In this document: one piece after another, positions 43,001 to 55,131 of the stretch
Layout of the letters: the number at the start of each line of letters is the position of its first letter
Numbering within the stretch: position 1 is the first letter of the stretch
Origin: Porphyridium purpureum
Taxonomy: Eukaryota
Assembly: GCA_008690995.1 (NCBI GenBank)
Contig: VRMN01000004.1
Span: 1,550,001-1,614,000 of the forward strand
Direction of reading: 5' to 3'
DNA length: 64,000 nucleotides
The notes under the pieces: generated by a model
Database searches by the model: none
What the model saw: the letters and a program-made list of their open reading frames with translations, nothing else
Told to the model about the DNA's origin: nothing
Made by a program: the position numbers and the translations under genes

Positions 43001-43514
43001 TTCAGCGACCGCAAACATCACGCGCTTCTCTTCATTCTCGGTCTTTCGGGAGACGGCGAGGCGGTCGCCCATTCCTTCTGGCCTCACATGGAGCGGCTTT
43101 AGCGGACGTGGAGCCCAATTCTGCGTCTGCCGACATCATCACTCTGCAACATTCTCCTGGCTCAGCTGGTCCGGCATGTTCTTGCGAACACAAACGCCTG
43201 CTGGATGGCCTTTTAAAGAAGCCGCTGCAAGGGCTGCATGTGCAAATCAATCATTCATGAAAGCCAATGCCTGTGGAAAGGCCATTGCCAGGACGCGGTG
43301 TGTTGGACGCCGTAGAGCTCACGCCGCAGTCGCTGCTTCTTGGGACAAGCGACCTTCAGGAACAAGTACAGTGAGTACTGTTTCCAACATGAAGTACTGT
43401 TAGCTGTACCGCGTTGATTGCATGTGAGTTGGAATGCGGAAGGAGGTTGGGGGTGAGGGAGAGTGGGATCCAGACTGGGAGAGGTCGAAAGAAGTTGAGA
43501 GTGGTACGGAGAAG

Positions 43515-44231
43515 ATGATGGAGAAACTTGTTGGGCTGGCTGGCCGCGTGCGGCAACTGAAGCCTATGATTGAGCGCACGGTGGTGAGCCAGGAGTTCTC
43601 GGCCGCCGCGGCGGCGGGCGTGGGCACCGCGCGGTCGTACAGCCTGCCGGATTTGCCGTACGATTACGCTGCGCTGGAGCCCGTCATCAGCGCAAAGATC
43701 ATGGAAGTGCATCACTCGAAGCACCACAATGCGTACGTCACCAACTTGAACAAGGCGCTGGACGCGCTGGACAAGGCAAAGGACGTCAACGAGGTGATCG
43801 CGCTGGGCCCAGCGCTCAAGTTTCACGGCGGCGGTCACCTCAACCACAGCATTTTCTGGACAAACTTGTGCCCTCCAGACACCTCCCAGCCCCCGAGCCC
43901 AGATTCCGCGCTGGGAAAGCTGATCGCTGAGCGGTTCGGCAGCATGGACGCCTTTGTCACCCAGTTCAACGCCAAGTCCGCCGCCATCCAGGGCTCTGGC
44001 TGGGGTTGGCTGGGTTACGACAAGGCGCGGAAGAGCGTCGAGTTTGTAGCTTTGTCCAATCAGGACCCGCTCGAGGCAAGCACAGGACTGACGCCTCTGC
44101 TGGGCGTGGACTGCTGGGAGCACGCTTACCACATGCAGTACTTTTCGGACCGCCCGGGCTACCTCAAGAGCATCTGGCGCTGCATCAACTGGCAGAACGT
44201 TGAGCATCGCCTGCAAGCAGCCATGGCTTAA
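43515..44231 (+). CDS. SOD2: Mitochondrial Mn superoxide dismutase
   Basis: LPDLPYDYAALEP, HHSKHH.AYV, FHGGGHLNHSIFW, QGSGWGW, NQDP, DCWEHAY; presequence ending ..RSY. Confidence 0.95.
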   Translation: MMEKLVGLAGRVRQLKPMIERTVVSQEFSAAAAAGVGTARSYSLPDLPYDYAALEPVISAKIMEVHHSKHHNAYVTNLNKALDALDKAKDVNEVIALGPALKFHGGGHLNHSIFWTNLCPPDTSQPPSPDSALGKLIAERFGSMDAFVTQFNAKSAAIQGSGWGWLGYDKARKSVEFVALSNQDPLEASTGLTPLLGVDCWEHAYHMQYFSDRPGYLKSIWRCINWQNVEHRLQAAMA

Positions 44232-44424
44232 AACTGCTGTCCCGTACAAACCTGTGTCGAAGATTTGAAAAAAGAGGTACTGCGGGCAGAGATGAGAATC
44301 TTGTCTTGCGCCCCACGCGTCCTCGAGCCAGATCAAGAGTAAAAGCAAGTAGCCCTGCAAGAAGAAGAAAGAAAATGCCACACTTTTTTTTTGTCTACCA
44401 GCTGTCGCAAGTCCTCTGAAATGA

Positions 44425-45063
44425 TCACGTGGGCGAGACGGCCACGCGGACAAGCTCGAGATCGTACTCGAGGACGCTGTTGGGAGGGACCAGGCAGCCC
44501 TCTTCTCCAAAGCACACTCCGCGCGAACCGTAGGCAAGCTTTGGTGGCACAATGACCTTCCTTTTCCCGCCTGGTTGCATGGTCCTGAGCGCTTCCTCTA
44601 GGCCGGGAATGACCTTGCGGGCGCCCATTTGGAACGCCAGCGGCTTGCGGCCAGGCACTGTGGTGTTGTCAAAAATGGTGCCATCAGCCAAGTAGGCAAC
44701 ATAGTTGACGATGACCAGGTCACCGTCGTGCGGCATTGGCCCGCTGCCCTTTTTGATCTCTGCGTACGCCAGGCCCGACTCGGTGTCAATGAACGTGAGC
44801 TTGCTGGCCGCCTTCTTCTCCTCTGCGGCAATCACCGCCGGCACAAGGCCGCCGCGTCCGTCGGCAAACACAGAGCCGTCGGGCGCCCTGAGCGCACCCA
44901 GAGATGTACCGAATGCCACGCCCAACACAGTGACACCCACATCGCGCAGCACCTGCCGACGCGACGGAGCCTCTCGGGAATCATCCGCGCGTGCCGCGCA
45001 CACCACGGCGCGTCGGCGTTCCGCCCGGCGCGCACATGCACCCACTGCACTCACGAACGCCAT
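44425..45063 (-). CDS. Thylakoid-lumen FKBP-type peptidyl-prolyl isomerase
   Basis: MAFV transit peptide, SRRQVL twin-Arg signal; G..FD, VIPGLEE..M.PGGKR..PPKLAYG..VPPNS.L.YDLEL. Confidence 0.93.
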   Translation of the reverse strand: MAFVSAVGACARRAERRRAVVCAARADDSREAPSRRQVLRDVGVTVLGVAFGTSLGALRAPDGSVFADGRGGLVPAVIAAEEKKAASKLTFIDTESGLAYAEIKKGSGPMPHDGDLVIVNYVAYLADGTIFDNTTVPGRKPLAFQMGARKVIPGLEEALRTMQPGGKRKVIVPPKLAYGSRGVCFGEEGCLVPPNSVLEYDLELVRVAVSPT

Positions 45064-45307
45064 GACTTTTCTCGCTGCGTGAGTGGACTATTGATGTGAA
45101 GACGGCTGCGTGTATGGACGCGTGCGTGTCCCACGTCTGTCAGGAGTTCCAGCTCTTCCTCTTCCTCTCGGTCTCCGGAATCCCCTGCCCGCATCGTCGA
45201 CGCACGAGCTCGCGAGATTCAACGTCATTTGAGGTACAGCACTGTACATAAGCCCGGTTGCGTGGGGGGCAGGCGGATGTGGCGAGGCTGCGCAGCGGAA
45301 ATCAAGG

Positions 45308-45889
45308 ATGGGGAGTGGCGGCGCGCAGGAACTGGATCAATGGGAGGCGGCGTTGGCGGCGCTGGAGACCCAGCTGGCGGCGCTCAAGTCTGGTTCTGGC
45401 CATGAAGTAGGCGCCGCGCGCTCAGATGCGCCCGACGTAGGTGCGCTCGAGCAAGGCAGTCTCTGCAACGACGCAGAAGCGGCATCACGTGGCGCTGGGA
45501 ATGTGCAGGAGGACGCGCATCGCAGTGCGGCAGAAAAGTTGAGCGCAGAAGCGTTTGGCGTGATTTTGAGCGTGCTGGACGGTATGCCAGAAGACGAGCG
45601 ACAGGTCTGGGCTCAGCAGCTCGAGCATGACGAAGTTCTGGGACTCGGTGCGACTTTGAACGGTTCCGTGTCCGCACAGGCTTCCGCAGGTGTGACCCGC
45701 TGCGCCGCATGTGGTAGCGAAGTGTCCCGGGACGCGCTGCTGTCTTGCTTGCACGGGTGCGTGCTGGTCGAGTACTGCTCGGCGAGCTGCCGACGGAAAC
45801 ACGCACACGCGCATGCCCGGCGCTGTACTGCTCGCAGGTACCAGACCGTGGCCAAGACCAATCTCTACGACCAGCGCGTAGACTTTTGA
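45308..45889 (+). CDS. MYND-type zinc-finger protein
   Basis: CAAC..CLHGC..YCSASC..H...H...C pattern. Confidence 0.75.
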   Translation: MGSGGAQELDQWEAALAALETQLAALKSGSGHEVGAARSDAPDVGALEQGSLCNDAEAASRGAGNVQEDAHRSAAEKLSAEAFGVILSVLDGMPEDERQVWAQQLEHDEVLGLGATLNGSVSAQASAGVTRCAACGSEVSRDALLSCLHGCVLVEYCSASCRRKHAHAHARRCTARRYQTVAKTNLYDQRVDF

Positions 45890-46104
45890 CAACGCCTTGA
45901 TTCGCGCTGCGCATGGCTGCCGAGAGGCGTGGCACGCGCTGGGCAACAATCAAAAAGTCCCGAAATCATGACGAAATATATTATGCAGTGCTGTATTCTT
46001 ACAAAGCTTCAGATGACTGGGCTGCTGGAATAGCCCCTACGGTCGCGCGCGCGTGGCTGCCTTGCTTTATGGAGCCTCTTGTTCCGGCCCCCTTGTAAAT
46101 CAAT

Positions 46105-46698
46105 TTAGATTCGACAGGAGCAGCCGCATGTTTCGCAGGTCCTTGAATGAGCAGGGCCTTGCTCCAATACTTTTGGCCTGTGTCTTGACGCATCCTGCTC
46201 GGAGGCAACATGGCCGTTGCCATATCGAGGCACCGCCGCGGAAAGAGCCTGACCGCTACTGGAGCGCCGTCTTCGGTATGTTGCACGCGAGGTATGCGTT
46301 TCGCTGACAGTGACGGAGTGTAGAAGCGGTAGTTTTGGCTCGAGATAGTGGAACACCCACTTTGCTATGAATTCTGCCGTGGGCGAATCCGTTTGCAAGG
46401 TTTCGTTGAGGTTATGGTGGTCCAAGTAAGCGTCGAGCATCTTCTTACACACTGCCGAGATATCACTAAAGTCCATGAGCATATTAACTTTGGGACCGTT
46501 CTGCACGAGCGTGTGCGAGCACAATGCCACTCTCAATCCGTACGAGTGTCCATGAGGCCGCGCACACTTTCCGTCGTGGTGCAGCAGCACGTGCATGGCC
46601 TCAAACCGAAACTCCTTCTCCAGCTCGAACCATTCATCCTCTACGCCATCCTCAGCCCATACTTCCACGCTCTCGCATTCCGCTGCTGCACCCGCCAT
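46105..46698 (-). CDS. queD: 6-pyruvoyl-tetrahydropterin synthase family, QueD/PTPS-I signature
   Basis: F.FEAMH, KCARPHGHSY (CX3HGH), MDFSDI, LDHHNLNE, PTAE.IA, V.VSET. Confidence 0.85.
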   Translation of the reverse strand: MAGAAAECESVEVWAEDGVEDEWFELEKEFRFEAMHVLLHHDGKCARPHGHSYGLRVALCSHTLVQNGPKVNMLMDFSDISAVCKKMLDAYLDHHNLNETLQTDSPTAEFIAKWVFHYLEPKLPLLHSVTVSETHTSRATYRRRRSSSGQALSAAVPRYGNGHVASEQDASRHRPKVLEQGPAHSRTCETCGCSCRI

Positions 46699-48615
46699 CT
46701 CGCGCTCGGCCCGTTCTTCCCCTTCCCCACCCCAGATACACACATGCACGCACACAGAGGCACAGAGTCGCAGAGACACTCACACACCTTCGTCCTTCGT
46801 CTCCCTCTTCTTCCGTCCTCGCCACGTTGCACAAGCCATCCTCCATTCACTGTACATCTGGGTACACTCTTTATTCTAAATCGCACCTTTTTTAGTATGA
46901 ACGCCCGGCCGGCGTGCGACACAAACCGCTTGGACCGAAAATGAATAGCCAAACAAAAAAACCGGTTATTCAGCTAAACGGCTTCACTCGTGTTGCGCCG
47001 TTTCCGCGCTTCGCATTGCAGCTCTATCAGAATGATGCAATTGTATTGAACGGTCTCAAGGATAACAAAGTAATGTGACGAACAATGGTTTATCGGTTTC
47101 ATTCTCTCGGCTCGTGCTTAAAAGCAAAAAAAAAAAGACATCGCGAGTTGCTTTCTTGACTGCGGCAAAGTGTGAAAGTTCGTACGTGCTATACGGAATT
47201 GAGTCACGGACATGCACCGCGCACAGCGCTTAGACTGGATGTTCTGCGCAGCGTTTGAAACACGCACATTTTCGGAATGGCAAGGGCAGAGACGCATCTG
47301 GACCACACCGTGCTAGCATGCCTTGTCAGTGGTCATCTGACCTTCTCCGAATGGCGCTGCTTTTCTCAGCGTGATCCATCTAGCATGGGACCGTGTTGTG
47401 TCCGGAACATTTCGACGTGACTCTGCGGAGGTAGGGCACAGCGAAAGGGTACGTGCCCGTCCCGACAGTTTTGAGCATGCAGCATGGAAGGTTTTCGAAC
47501 ACGACCCAAAGATTTCCTGATTCTGCGCACACCCAAGCGGCTAGTCAATAATAAGGTGTCAATAGATCGCAACGGCTAATTCTTAAGGATTTCCATTGGG
47601 CCCGATGAGTAATCTCCAAAGACCGGCTCGCGGCTGAATCACTTGGGCGACATACCGTTGCCAAGCAGTGAGGAAATATGATGCTCGCCGAGGTTTTCTG
47701 TGGTCTATCGGAAATAAGACTGTCTGCATAAATTTACATTCAGGTCCGAGATCGGAGACCAAATATTTCTTCTTTTGGAGACACTTCGATCCTTCCAAAA
47801 CGTCAAGAAACCCACAAAACTCAAACGATTCACGGAGAAAGCAATGGCATGGAACCTTGGGATTGCTTTCCATCGCAAAAGGTCTCATCTTCCCACACCT
47901 TGGCAGCGTCTACGAGAAGGATGGTGTCGTCACATTCACGACTGCTTTCACGCTGCGTGCAGCAGACCCCAGAGCTGCACACGAAGACGCCCTGTGCTTC
48001 AAAGTTCCGCGAAAGAAAAAATTCCTTGGCAGCGCTGAAGCCCCGGTCCACAACCGAAAGGCAGGCCGCGGACTTACGCAAACACACCTTGGCACTGACC
48101 ATTTTGGCGTTGATTTGTCTGCAGGTGCGGCACTTCCCGATAGTGAACGATCACTGATCAGCGCCAGCGCGGTTTCACCAAAGCTGGCACTTCATGCCCA
48201 TGCAGACGTGCGCGCTGCACGCGCAGCCAGGCCTCGCTGCCGCCACATCAGCGTGCTGCCGGACAGAGAAGTCACATTCGCCGGACTCTGGGCCATCATG
48301 TCAGTTCCCTCCTTGAGCGCTCATGCTCATGCCGCGAGATATCATGCCGCAGCTGCGGCCGGGTCTTCTCTCCTCAGCTTCTTCCTTTCCGACGCATGTT
48401 GTATCCAAGCGCCTAGTCAAACATTCTTCTCAGGCGGACCAGCGCCTCGCCTGGCAGTGGTCCAGACTTTTGTCAAAAGCGCGCGCACTCACAGAGCAAC
48501 AACACGCGCGGTCCTGCTTGGTTGCGAGGCAGGCAAAGTGTGTGTGTGAGAGCGGGAGACCGGTCTAGGGCATGGGCTTGCGCTGCCAAAGCTCGCGCGG
48601 CGCTGGAGAGAAACC

Positions 48616-51600
48616 ATGCAGCTGTACCACTTGACGCTACGGCAGAGCGGGCAGGTCGAAAAGATCGCATACGGCTCGTTCTCGGGCGCCAAGCGGCATG
48701 AGCTTGCGGTGATCAGCGGCTCGCGTGTGCGCCTGTACGCGGTGGCGTCCGTTGGGGATAGCAAGACTCGACGATTGGTGCCGAAATGCAGCGTCGACTG
48801 CTTCGCGCGCATGCAGAGCATCCAAGCTGTGCGCGTGCCAGGTGCAAAAACGGACCGCATACTGCTGAGCTCGGATGCCGGCAGGCTTGTCTTGCTCAAG
48901 GCTGTCATCTCCGACGCCACAGGAGCGCTCACGCTTGTCTCAGAACAGTGTGAGACGTATGGCAAGTCCGGCATGCGCAGAGACGTCCCGGCAAAACACA
49001 TGGCTGTCGACCCGAAGGGCAGAGCCGTCATGATCGCTGCTATTGAGGCCAAGAAGCTCGTTTACGTTTTGGGCAGAACTGCAGAATCAGAAAATATCAC
49101 GCTCAGCTCGCCTATCGAGGCTCACCGCCCGGACCACGTAGTGATCGATGTGGTTGCGTGCGACGCCGGCTATGGCAATCCGCTCTTCGCTGTGCTGGAG
49201 CAGCAGAATTATGCGAGTAATGCTGCGACAAGTATGGCTCCGATATCGCAGCCTCACCTGAAATCACGCGCGTTGGGCTCGGCGTCGCTTCCGCCCAAGG
49301 TGCTGACCCTCTACGAGCTCGACCTCGGAATCAATCACGTGAGACGCAGGAAATCGATTCTTGTGAACCCGTCCTCGCATAAGCTGATTCCGCTACCAGG
49401 GGCTCCGGAGGGGCCAGGTGGTGTGCTTGTGTGCTCATTCGGCCGAGTGTCCTACTACACGTTGACAGCGTTCGACGAGGACGGCGCGGACGGCAGCGAC
49501 TCGCAATCTGCCACGCTGGTTTGCCAGATTCCGCTCCGTAACGAGTCTGACACCGCAGATATTCAGGCCGAGGTGCTGATCAGTGCTTATGCGTTGCATC
49601 GCCAGCGCGGTATGTTCTTCCTGCTCATGGCGAACGAATTCGGTGACCTGCTGAAGCTTGATTTTACGCTTTCCACTGCAACGGCGCCAGCGCAAGTCTT
49701 GGCTCGTGACGACCCGCCAGCATCCGTGACGGCGACGCAAATGAGTCTGTACTACTACGACTCTTTGCCAGGCCCAACGCTCGACTTTGTAATCACGAAG
49801 AACGGCTGTTTGTTCAATGCGTCTGAAGCTGGCGACCACGGTCTCTACCTGATACAGTCCCTAGAAGAGGCAGACAATGTGGAGGATGGAATTTGTACCT
49901 CTGCGCACGGATGTCTGGGTGACTTTGACACAATCATTCCACCAACGCTGCGCCGAAAGGTCTTTTTTGACGCCCGACGGGCGCTTCGGAACTTGCTGGT
50001 TCTTGATCGGCTCGAGTCCCTCGCACCTTTGCTTCGGCCCTGCGCTCCGAATTCAGACGCACCAGACTTGAGCGTCGTGCAACCTTCTGGTGAGCCTGAG
50101 ACAGAAAGTGACCAGATATCCAAGGACGCATGCATTGTGGCCGGTGCGGGATCGCGTCGTCTCGTGAGGCTGCACCGGTCTCTCGCTGTCACTGAGCTTG
50201 CCGTGTCCGAGTTGCCAGCGCGCGCGCTCAATGCATTCAGCCTGCAGCTGGAGCCTGATGGAGAGGACCGCTTTGTCTTGGTTTCCTTTGCGAACGCCAC
50301 GCTGCCTCTACAGGTTGGAGAGTCCATTCAGGAAGCCACCGCGGTTCCTTTTGTCAAAACGGAGCGCACACTCGCAGCATGCACTTTGTACGATGGGAAA
50401 ATGATCCAGGTGCATCGACTCGGGTTTTGTGTCATTCAGGCGCACGCTCCGGCCGCACGCTCTGCACCAGCAGCGGAAACAGATGTCAAGCAAAACGGAA
50501 ACGATACAGATTCTGTCCTCGCAGATGCAAACGAGGCCATTGTTCCCGCAACCGCTTCTGTCGCGGAATCTGTTTCGTTTACAGTAGCACAGGATCATCT
50601 TCTCGCACCCAAAAACAGGGCGACTGACAAGTACCCGGAGGAGCCCTCGGTGCTGCAGGCGGCCGTCAGCGCATCGCAGCTCATCTTGGTTACAAACAAG
50701 AAGCAGTTGATGTACTTCATTCTTGATCCCTCAAGTGGGCAGATGCGGCTTGCGAGTCGGATGGACTTGGTGAGCAGCGAATCCGTTTCCGATGAGAAGA
50801 GCGACAATGCTGTGTCATCGATTTGTCTACCGGGTACCGCTCACGTTCTTGCCGGCTCACAAGATCTTTCGGCAAGCGTGCCATTGGCTTTGAGCTTGGC
50901 ATGCAATACCTCAGCGCCTAGTGATACTTATGCAGGTCTGTGCGCTGTCGCATTAGGGCGCTCGCTGCGAGTGCTCAAGCTGACGCCTTCGGCCGGGGAC
51001 GTGCGGTCGAATTCAAGCGCGCGGCTAATTACGCCTACCGCGCTTCAAATGCTGCCTGCAGATGTCAGCGATGTTACGTTTATCCCGCTGCAAGGTGGCG
51101 ACTTTGCCATGTTGGCGGCTACACGCGCGGGAAGCGTGGTGTATTCGACAGTGGACCACGTAAGTGGTACAATTAGTGGCCGGTTTGCACGCTTACTTGG
51201 TACAGATGCTGTGCACTTTTTTGATGTGCGACTCGTTCGCGCGCAGCTAGCTGAATCTGTCTTTTCTGCGGTTCGCAGTCAGAATCAGCCACATATGTAT
51301 CGCCCACCCCTCGTTGTGGCGGTGTGCGGATCGAGCGGGACAAGTTGGCTCGTGCGGAACATCACGTCCTTTGGTACGTCCGCGGGAGGTTTGCTTTTCA
51401 GTCCGCTTCGTGGAGTCCATATGGAGCGCGGTTGCAGTTTCGCGTCCTCGCACATCTCACCAGGTGGCCTTGTGGGCGTGCACAAGGGTAAGTTGCTCAT
51501 CGCAGTCATTGATGAGATCGAAGGCGTGCTCCTTTCGTTGGAAGAATCAACCTCCGAGCATGCGGCGTTCCATGCTACTTTCGCGTCCGCACAGCACACA

Positions 51601-52994
51601 GTTCGTCGTGTTTTGAGCTTGGGGCAGAAGTCTGGCCATGAATCGTCGCAGAGGGCAGGAACGCGAAATGCTCAGAGTCACCTAGGCGCTTCATTGCAGT
51701 ACGTCGTGTTGGAAGCGGACCCTGTTCATCGGGGAAGTGGTGGTGTGACAACCAAGGCCGGTGCGTTGGCGTCGCGCGTTTGCTTTCGTCGGACGAGGAA
51801 GACATGCCGGCGCTTTCGGCCCCATTCGTGTCTTGCACAGACCTAAGCGAAGACCAGCTGTCAGAGCGAGGGGCGATGAATGGTACGCGATTGATTTTTT
51901 GGGACAAGCCAAACATGCCACACGTGTGCGTGAGCTTAATTGGTGCGGACACTAATACGCCTGCCGTGATCCGCACGTACAAGGTAGAGGAAGGCAGCGC
52001 TGGGGCCGGTACGTCTGTGAATGAATCTCCGGAGGAAAGCGTAGAGGCCGGCAAGCTAGCCTTGCAGGCGGCCGTGCAAGCGCCGAAATCATCGCCCGCA
52101 CCACTGCAAACAGGACTTGTTCGCATTCACGATACAGTGGTCGAAGGTGTCTGCAACGTTCTGTGTGAGTTTGGAGGTCGTTTATTGGCGGGTGTGGGTC
52201 GATCGCTGTTGCTCTTTGACCTCGGGAGGAAAAAGCTGCTCAAAAAGTGCGAAACGGCGCATGTAGTCCAACACAAGATCGTGGACATCAGTCCCGCAGG
52301 CGGCTGCCGGCTCTTCGTGGCCGACGTTCAAAGTTCAGTCTCCGTGGTCGAATATGATCCGGAGTACAATGTATTTCTGGCGCTGGCGGGCGATCCAGTG
52401 CCTCGCTACTGTTCCAGCATTCTGGCGCTCGACTACTGTACGGTTGCGGTGGGCGACAAGTTTGGTAATGTTGCGGTATTGAGTATACCCATCAGCTGCA
52501 GCGCCGCTCCTATGGCTGCAGCGGCGGCAGCAGCAACAATGTCTACAAACAATTGCCTACCGGATGAGCAGCGCTTTTTGCTGACGCTTGAGGCATGCTT
52601 TCATGTTGGTTCCGTGGTCACGGGTCTTCTGAAGATGAATTCTGTCGACTCCCTTCTGACCAGCGGTAATGGCAGCAGTGGTGGTGTGCTGGTCTACACG
52701 CTAATTGACGGTACGGTGGGAGCGCTGCTGCCGTTCGATACCAAACAGAGCGTCAGCTTCATGGCGAACGTGGAGCGAGCCATGCGCGAACGACGTGAGC
52801 TTCTTCTGGCTGGGCGGGACCATCTTGCGTATCGGTCAAGCTTTTATCCCGTCAAGCACGTCATTGACGGCGATTTGTGCGAGCTCTTCGCGTCGCTTTC
52901 GCCAGCTGATCAGGCGGCAGTTGCCAGCAAAGCCAGGGTCGGTACCGCGCTTGTTCTCACCCGCCTACAGGCGCTGCGCTTGGCTGCCATGTAA
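48616..52994 (+). CDS. SF3B3: Splicing factor 3B subunit 3 (SAP130/RSE1), split across two frames near 51760-51840
   Basis: MQLYHLTL, ETYGKSGMRR.VP, DPKGRAVMIAAIE.KLVY, YELDLGINHV; second frame DLGRKKLLKKCE, GDKFGN, GRDHLAYRSSFYPVKHVIDGDLCE. Confidence 0.93.
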
Positions 52995-53073
52995 ATAGAT
53001 GTAGGTTTGCTTTACTTTTTACAGAGCACAGAAGACGCTCACAACGGGGACGCGAGTGCATTCACGCCCGTCA

Positions 53074-55131
53074 TCAAGTCAGCTCGTCCTCCAGATACTG
53101 GTACTCGAATCGGAAGTCGGCCTTGTAGCGGTTCAGCCAACCAACATCGGTGTCATGGCGCAGAACATAGTCAAAGTACACGTAGGTTCCCTGCTCGAAA
53201 TCATCAGCGAGAACGGTGGGCTCGACGTGGCGCTGAAACCACGTGCAATACTTTTTGTGGAAGCGCCAGTTCTGTTTCTTCAGCTGCTTGGCGGCCAGGT
53301 ACTGCTGCAACGTGCCCGGCTGGTAGTAGAACACGTAGAATAGCGTTTCTGGGCCAAAGCGCTCAAACACCTTCTCGTTTTCCAAGTTGGGCGGCATCTT
53401 CTGCGGGAAGCACGCTGGCGTATTCACTGAATTGTGCCCATTCGCCTGCTTCAAGCCTTGCTTGCGCTTCATGCTTGCAAATTCAGACTCGGCCGACACT
53501 GGCATGCCCGTGCGCAACGCAAACTCTAGCGCTTGTGCGGATGACAAGCCCGCACGCTCCGCGTCCGGCGCGTCCTTGGGTATCGCAGGAGCCGCGGAGG
53601 CTGAAGCACCGCGCAAACCACTGCTGCCCATTCCGGATAAATCGAAGGGATCCATACTAGCCCCTTGTGCCTGCCCACCAGCTTGCGCGGCGCTTTCGTG
53701 GCCGACTGCGGTTGAAGGAGTTGGTGAGGATGACATACCACCACGCAGGCCTGCATGTGGCGCGTTTGTCGCAGAAGGATGCATGCCTGTTGCGCTGATC
53801 TTTGGCGACGCAGAGCCACCCTGTGCGGCCTGAGCCGGCGCTGGGGAGGGCACAGGAGCCGGGGCTGCAGAGACCATCGGCGAAGGTGCTCGCCCCGGAA
53901 CTGCCGCTGGGACCGAAGCGAGAGTGGGCGTTGTTCCCGTCGCAACAGCAGAGACCGCAGAAGGCGCAGAGCCCTTCACGATCGAGCTGAACGCAAGCGG
54001 GGGTGCAATAGTATCGACGCCACTCGCCGCCGCGGCCGCGGCGTAGTCCACTGCCTTGACTCCGTTTTCAGATGACGTCGCGGAGGGGGCCTTCATCGAG
54101 CTCTTGGCGGCCGGCGAGGAGCCGAGCCGCGCATTTTCCGACCCCTTGGGTTCTGGTGCGCTGCCGCCGACCTGCACAGGCCCTGGCCTGGCGGCAGTCT
54201 TTCGAGGTATGGATACTGCCGACGACGCGTTCAAAATCGACGGCGACGCCGATGGGGAAGATGACAACGTCGCCACTTTTGCGACATTATTGCTGGTTGG
54301 CGGCCGCGGAATATCCTTGCCTGCTGCATTTCTCGCGGAGCCTTGCGCGTTCAACTCGTCTATTTCAACTCCAGCGGCCGCTGCCGCGGCGGTATCCTCC
54401 TCTTCCTTCTTGCTTAGAAAAGCAGACGCCGGTACGGCATCGAGGTCGAGGTCGTCGTATAGCGTGTCGTCGTCCATGAAATCTGGGTCCTGATTGCTGT
54501 CCAAGTAGTACTCGATGGAGTCCTTGAGGTCGTTGGCCTGCTCGGGAGTGATGGTCTCATTGTGCACGGCACGCAGCACTTTCTCCAGCATGTCCTGGTG
54601 GAAGACGTGCCGCTCCATAGTGCTTTGCACGTCATTGGACTTTTCGGACGCGGTGCCTGTGCCGCCCTTCTTCTTCTTGCCCTGGGTCTTGATTGCCTCG
54701 AGCTCGGCCTCCAGCTCCTCGAGCTGGTCGCCCAGCCGAGTAATAAAGTCCGCGACCCAGTCGCCCACTTCCTGCTTGGCGCGCTCCTTGGGGTCCGTGC
54801 GGTCCAGTTGCAAGCCCTCCTTGCTGAACGCCTTTGTCTTGGTCTCCTTCTCGCAGATCTTGAACTTTTCCATCTTGGACTCGATCAGTTTGCGGTACGA
54901 GTCGAGCTTTGTCTTGTCCTTTATGGAACTATCGCCCTGCCACGACTTGATCTGGTCGCGCAGGCGCTGGAGCTTCTTAATCTCCTTCTTCAAGTCGCCC
55001 TCATACTTTTCCTTCTGCGCGGGCGTCGCGGCGCTGTACACCTTGTCCCATATCTGCTCAAAGACCACCACACCCTCGTCGACCTTTTTGAACACAATCT
55101 CGATTTCCTTCTGCAACTTGCGGTTCGCCAT
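53074..55131 (-). CDS. NOT3: CCR4-NOT complex subunit NOT3/NOT5
   Basis: RKLQKEIE..KKVDEG, KEIKKLQRLRDQIKSW, EKETKTKAFSKEGL; NOT-box ETLFYVFYYQPGT.QQYLAA.QLK...WRFHKKY.TWFQRH. Confidence 0.96.
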   Translation of the reverse strand: MANRKLQKEIEIVFKKVDEGVVVFEQIWDKVYSAATPAQKEKYEGDLKKEIKKLQRLRDQIKSWQGDSSIKDKTKLDSYRKLIESKMEKFKICEKETKTKAFSKEGLQLDRTDPKERAKQEVGDWVADFITRLGDQLEELEAELEAIKTQGKKKKGGTGTASEKSNDVQSTMERHVFHQDMLEKVLRAVHNETITPEQANDLKDSIEYYLDSNQDPDFMDDDTLYDDLDLDAVPASAFLSKKEEEDTAAAAAAGVEIDELNAQGSARNAAGKDIPRPPTSNNVAKVATLSSSPSASPSILNASSAVSIPRKTAARPGPVQVGGSAPEPKGSENARLGSSPAAKSSMKAPSATSSENGVKAVDYAAAAAASGVDTIAPPLAFSSIVKGSAPSAVSAVATGTTPTLASVPAAVPGRAPSPMVSAAPAPVPSPAPAQAAQGGSASPKISATGMHPSATNAPHAGLRGGMSSSPTPSTAVGHESAAQAGGQAQGASMDPFDLSGMGSSGLRGASASAAPAIPKDAPDAERAGLSSAQALEFALRTGMPVSAESEFASMKRKQGLKQANGHNSVNTPACFPQKMPPNLENEKVFERFGPETLFYVFYYQPGTLQQYLAAKQLKKQNWRFHKKYCTWFQRHVEPTVLADDFEQGTYVYFDYVLRHDTDVGWLNRYKADFRFEYQYLEDELT

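Noticed and set aside
43356..44552. 398-aa minus-strand ORF
   Set aside because: Antisense shadow of MnSOD
47668..48549. 293-aa ORF starting at GTG
   Set aside because: Non-ATG start, no recognisable domain, no typical leader
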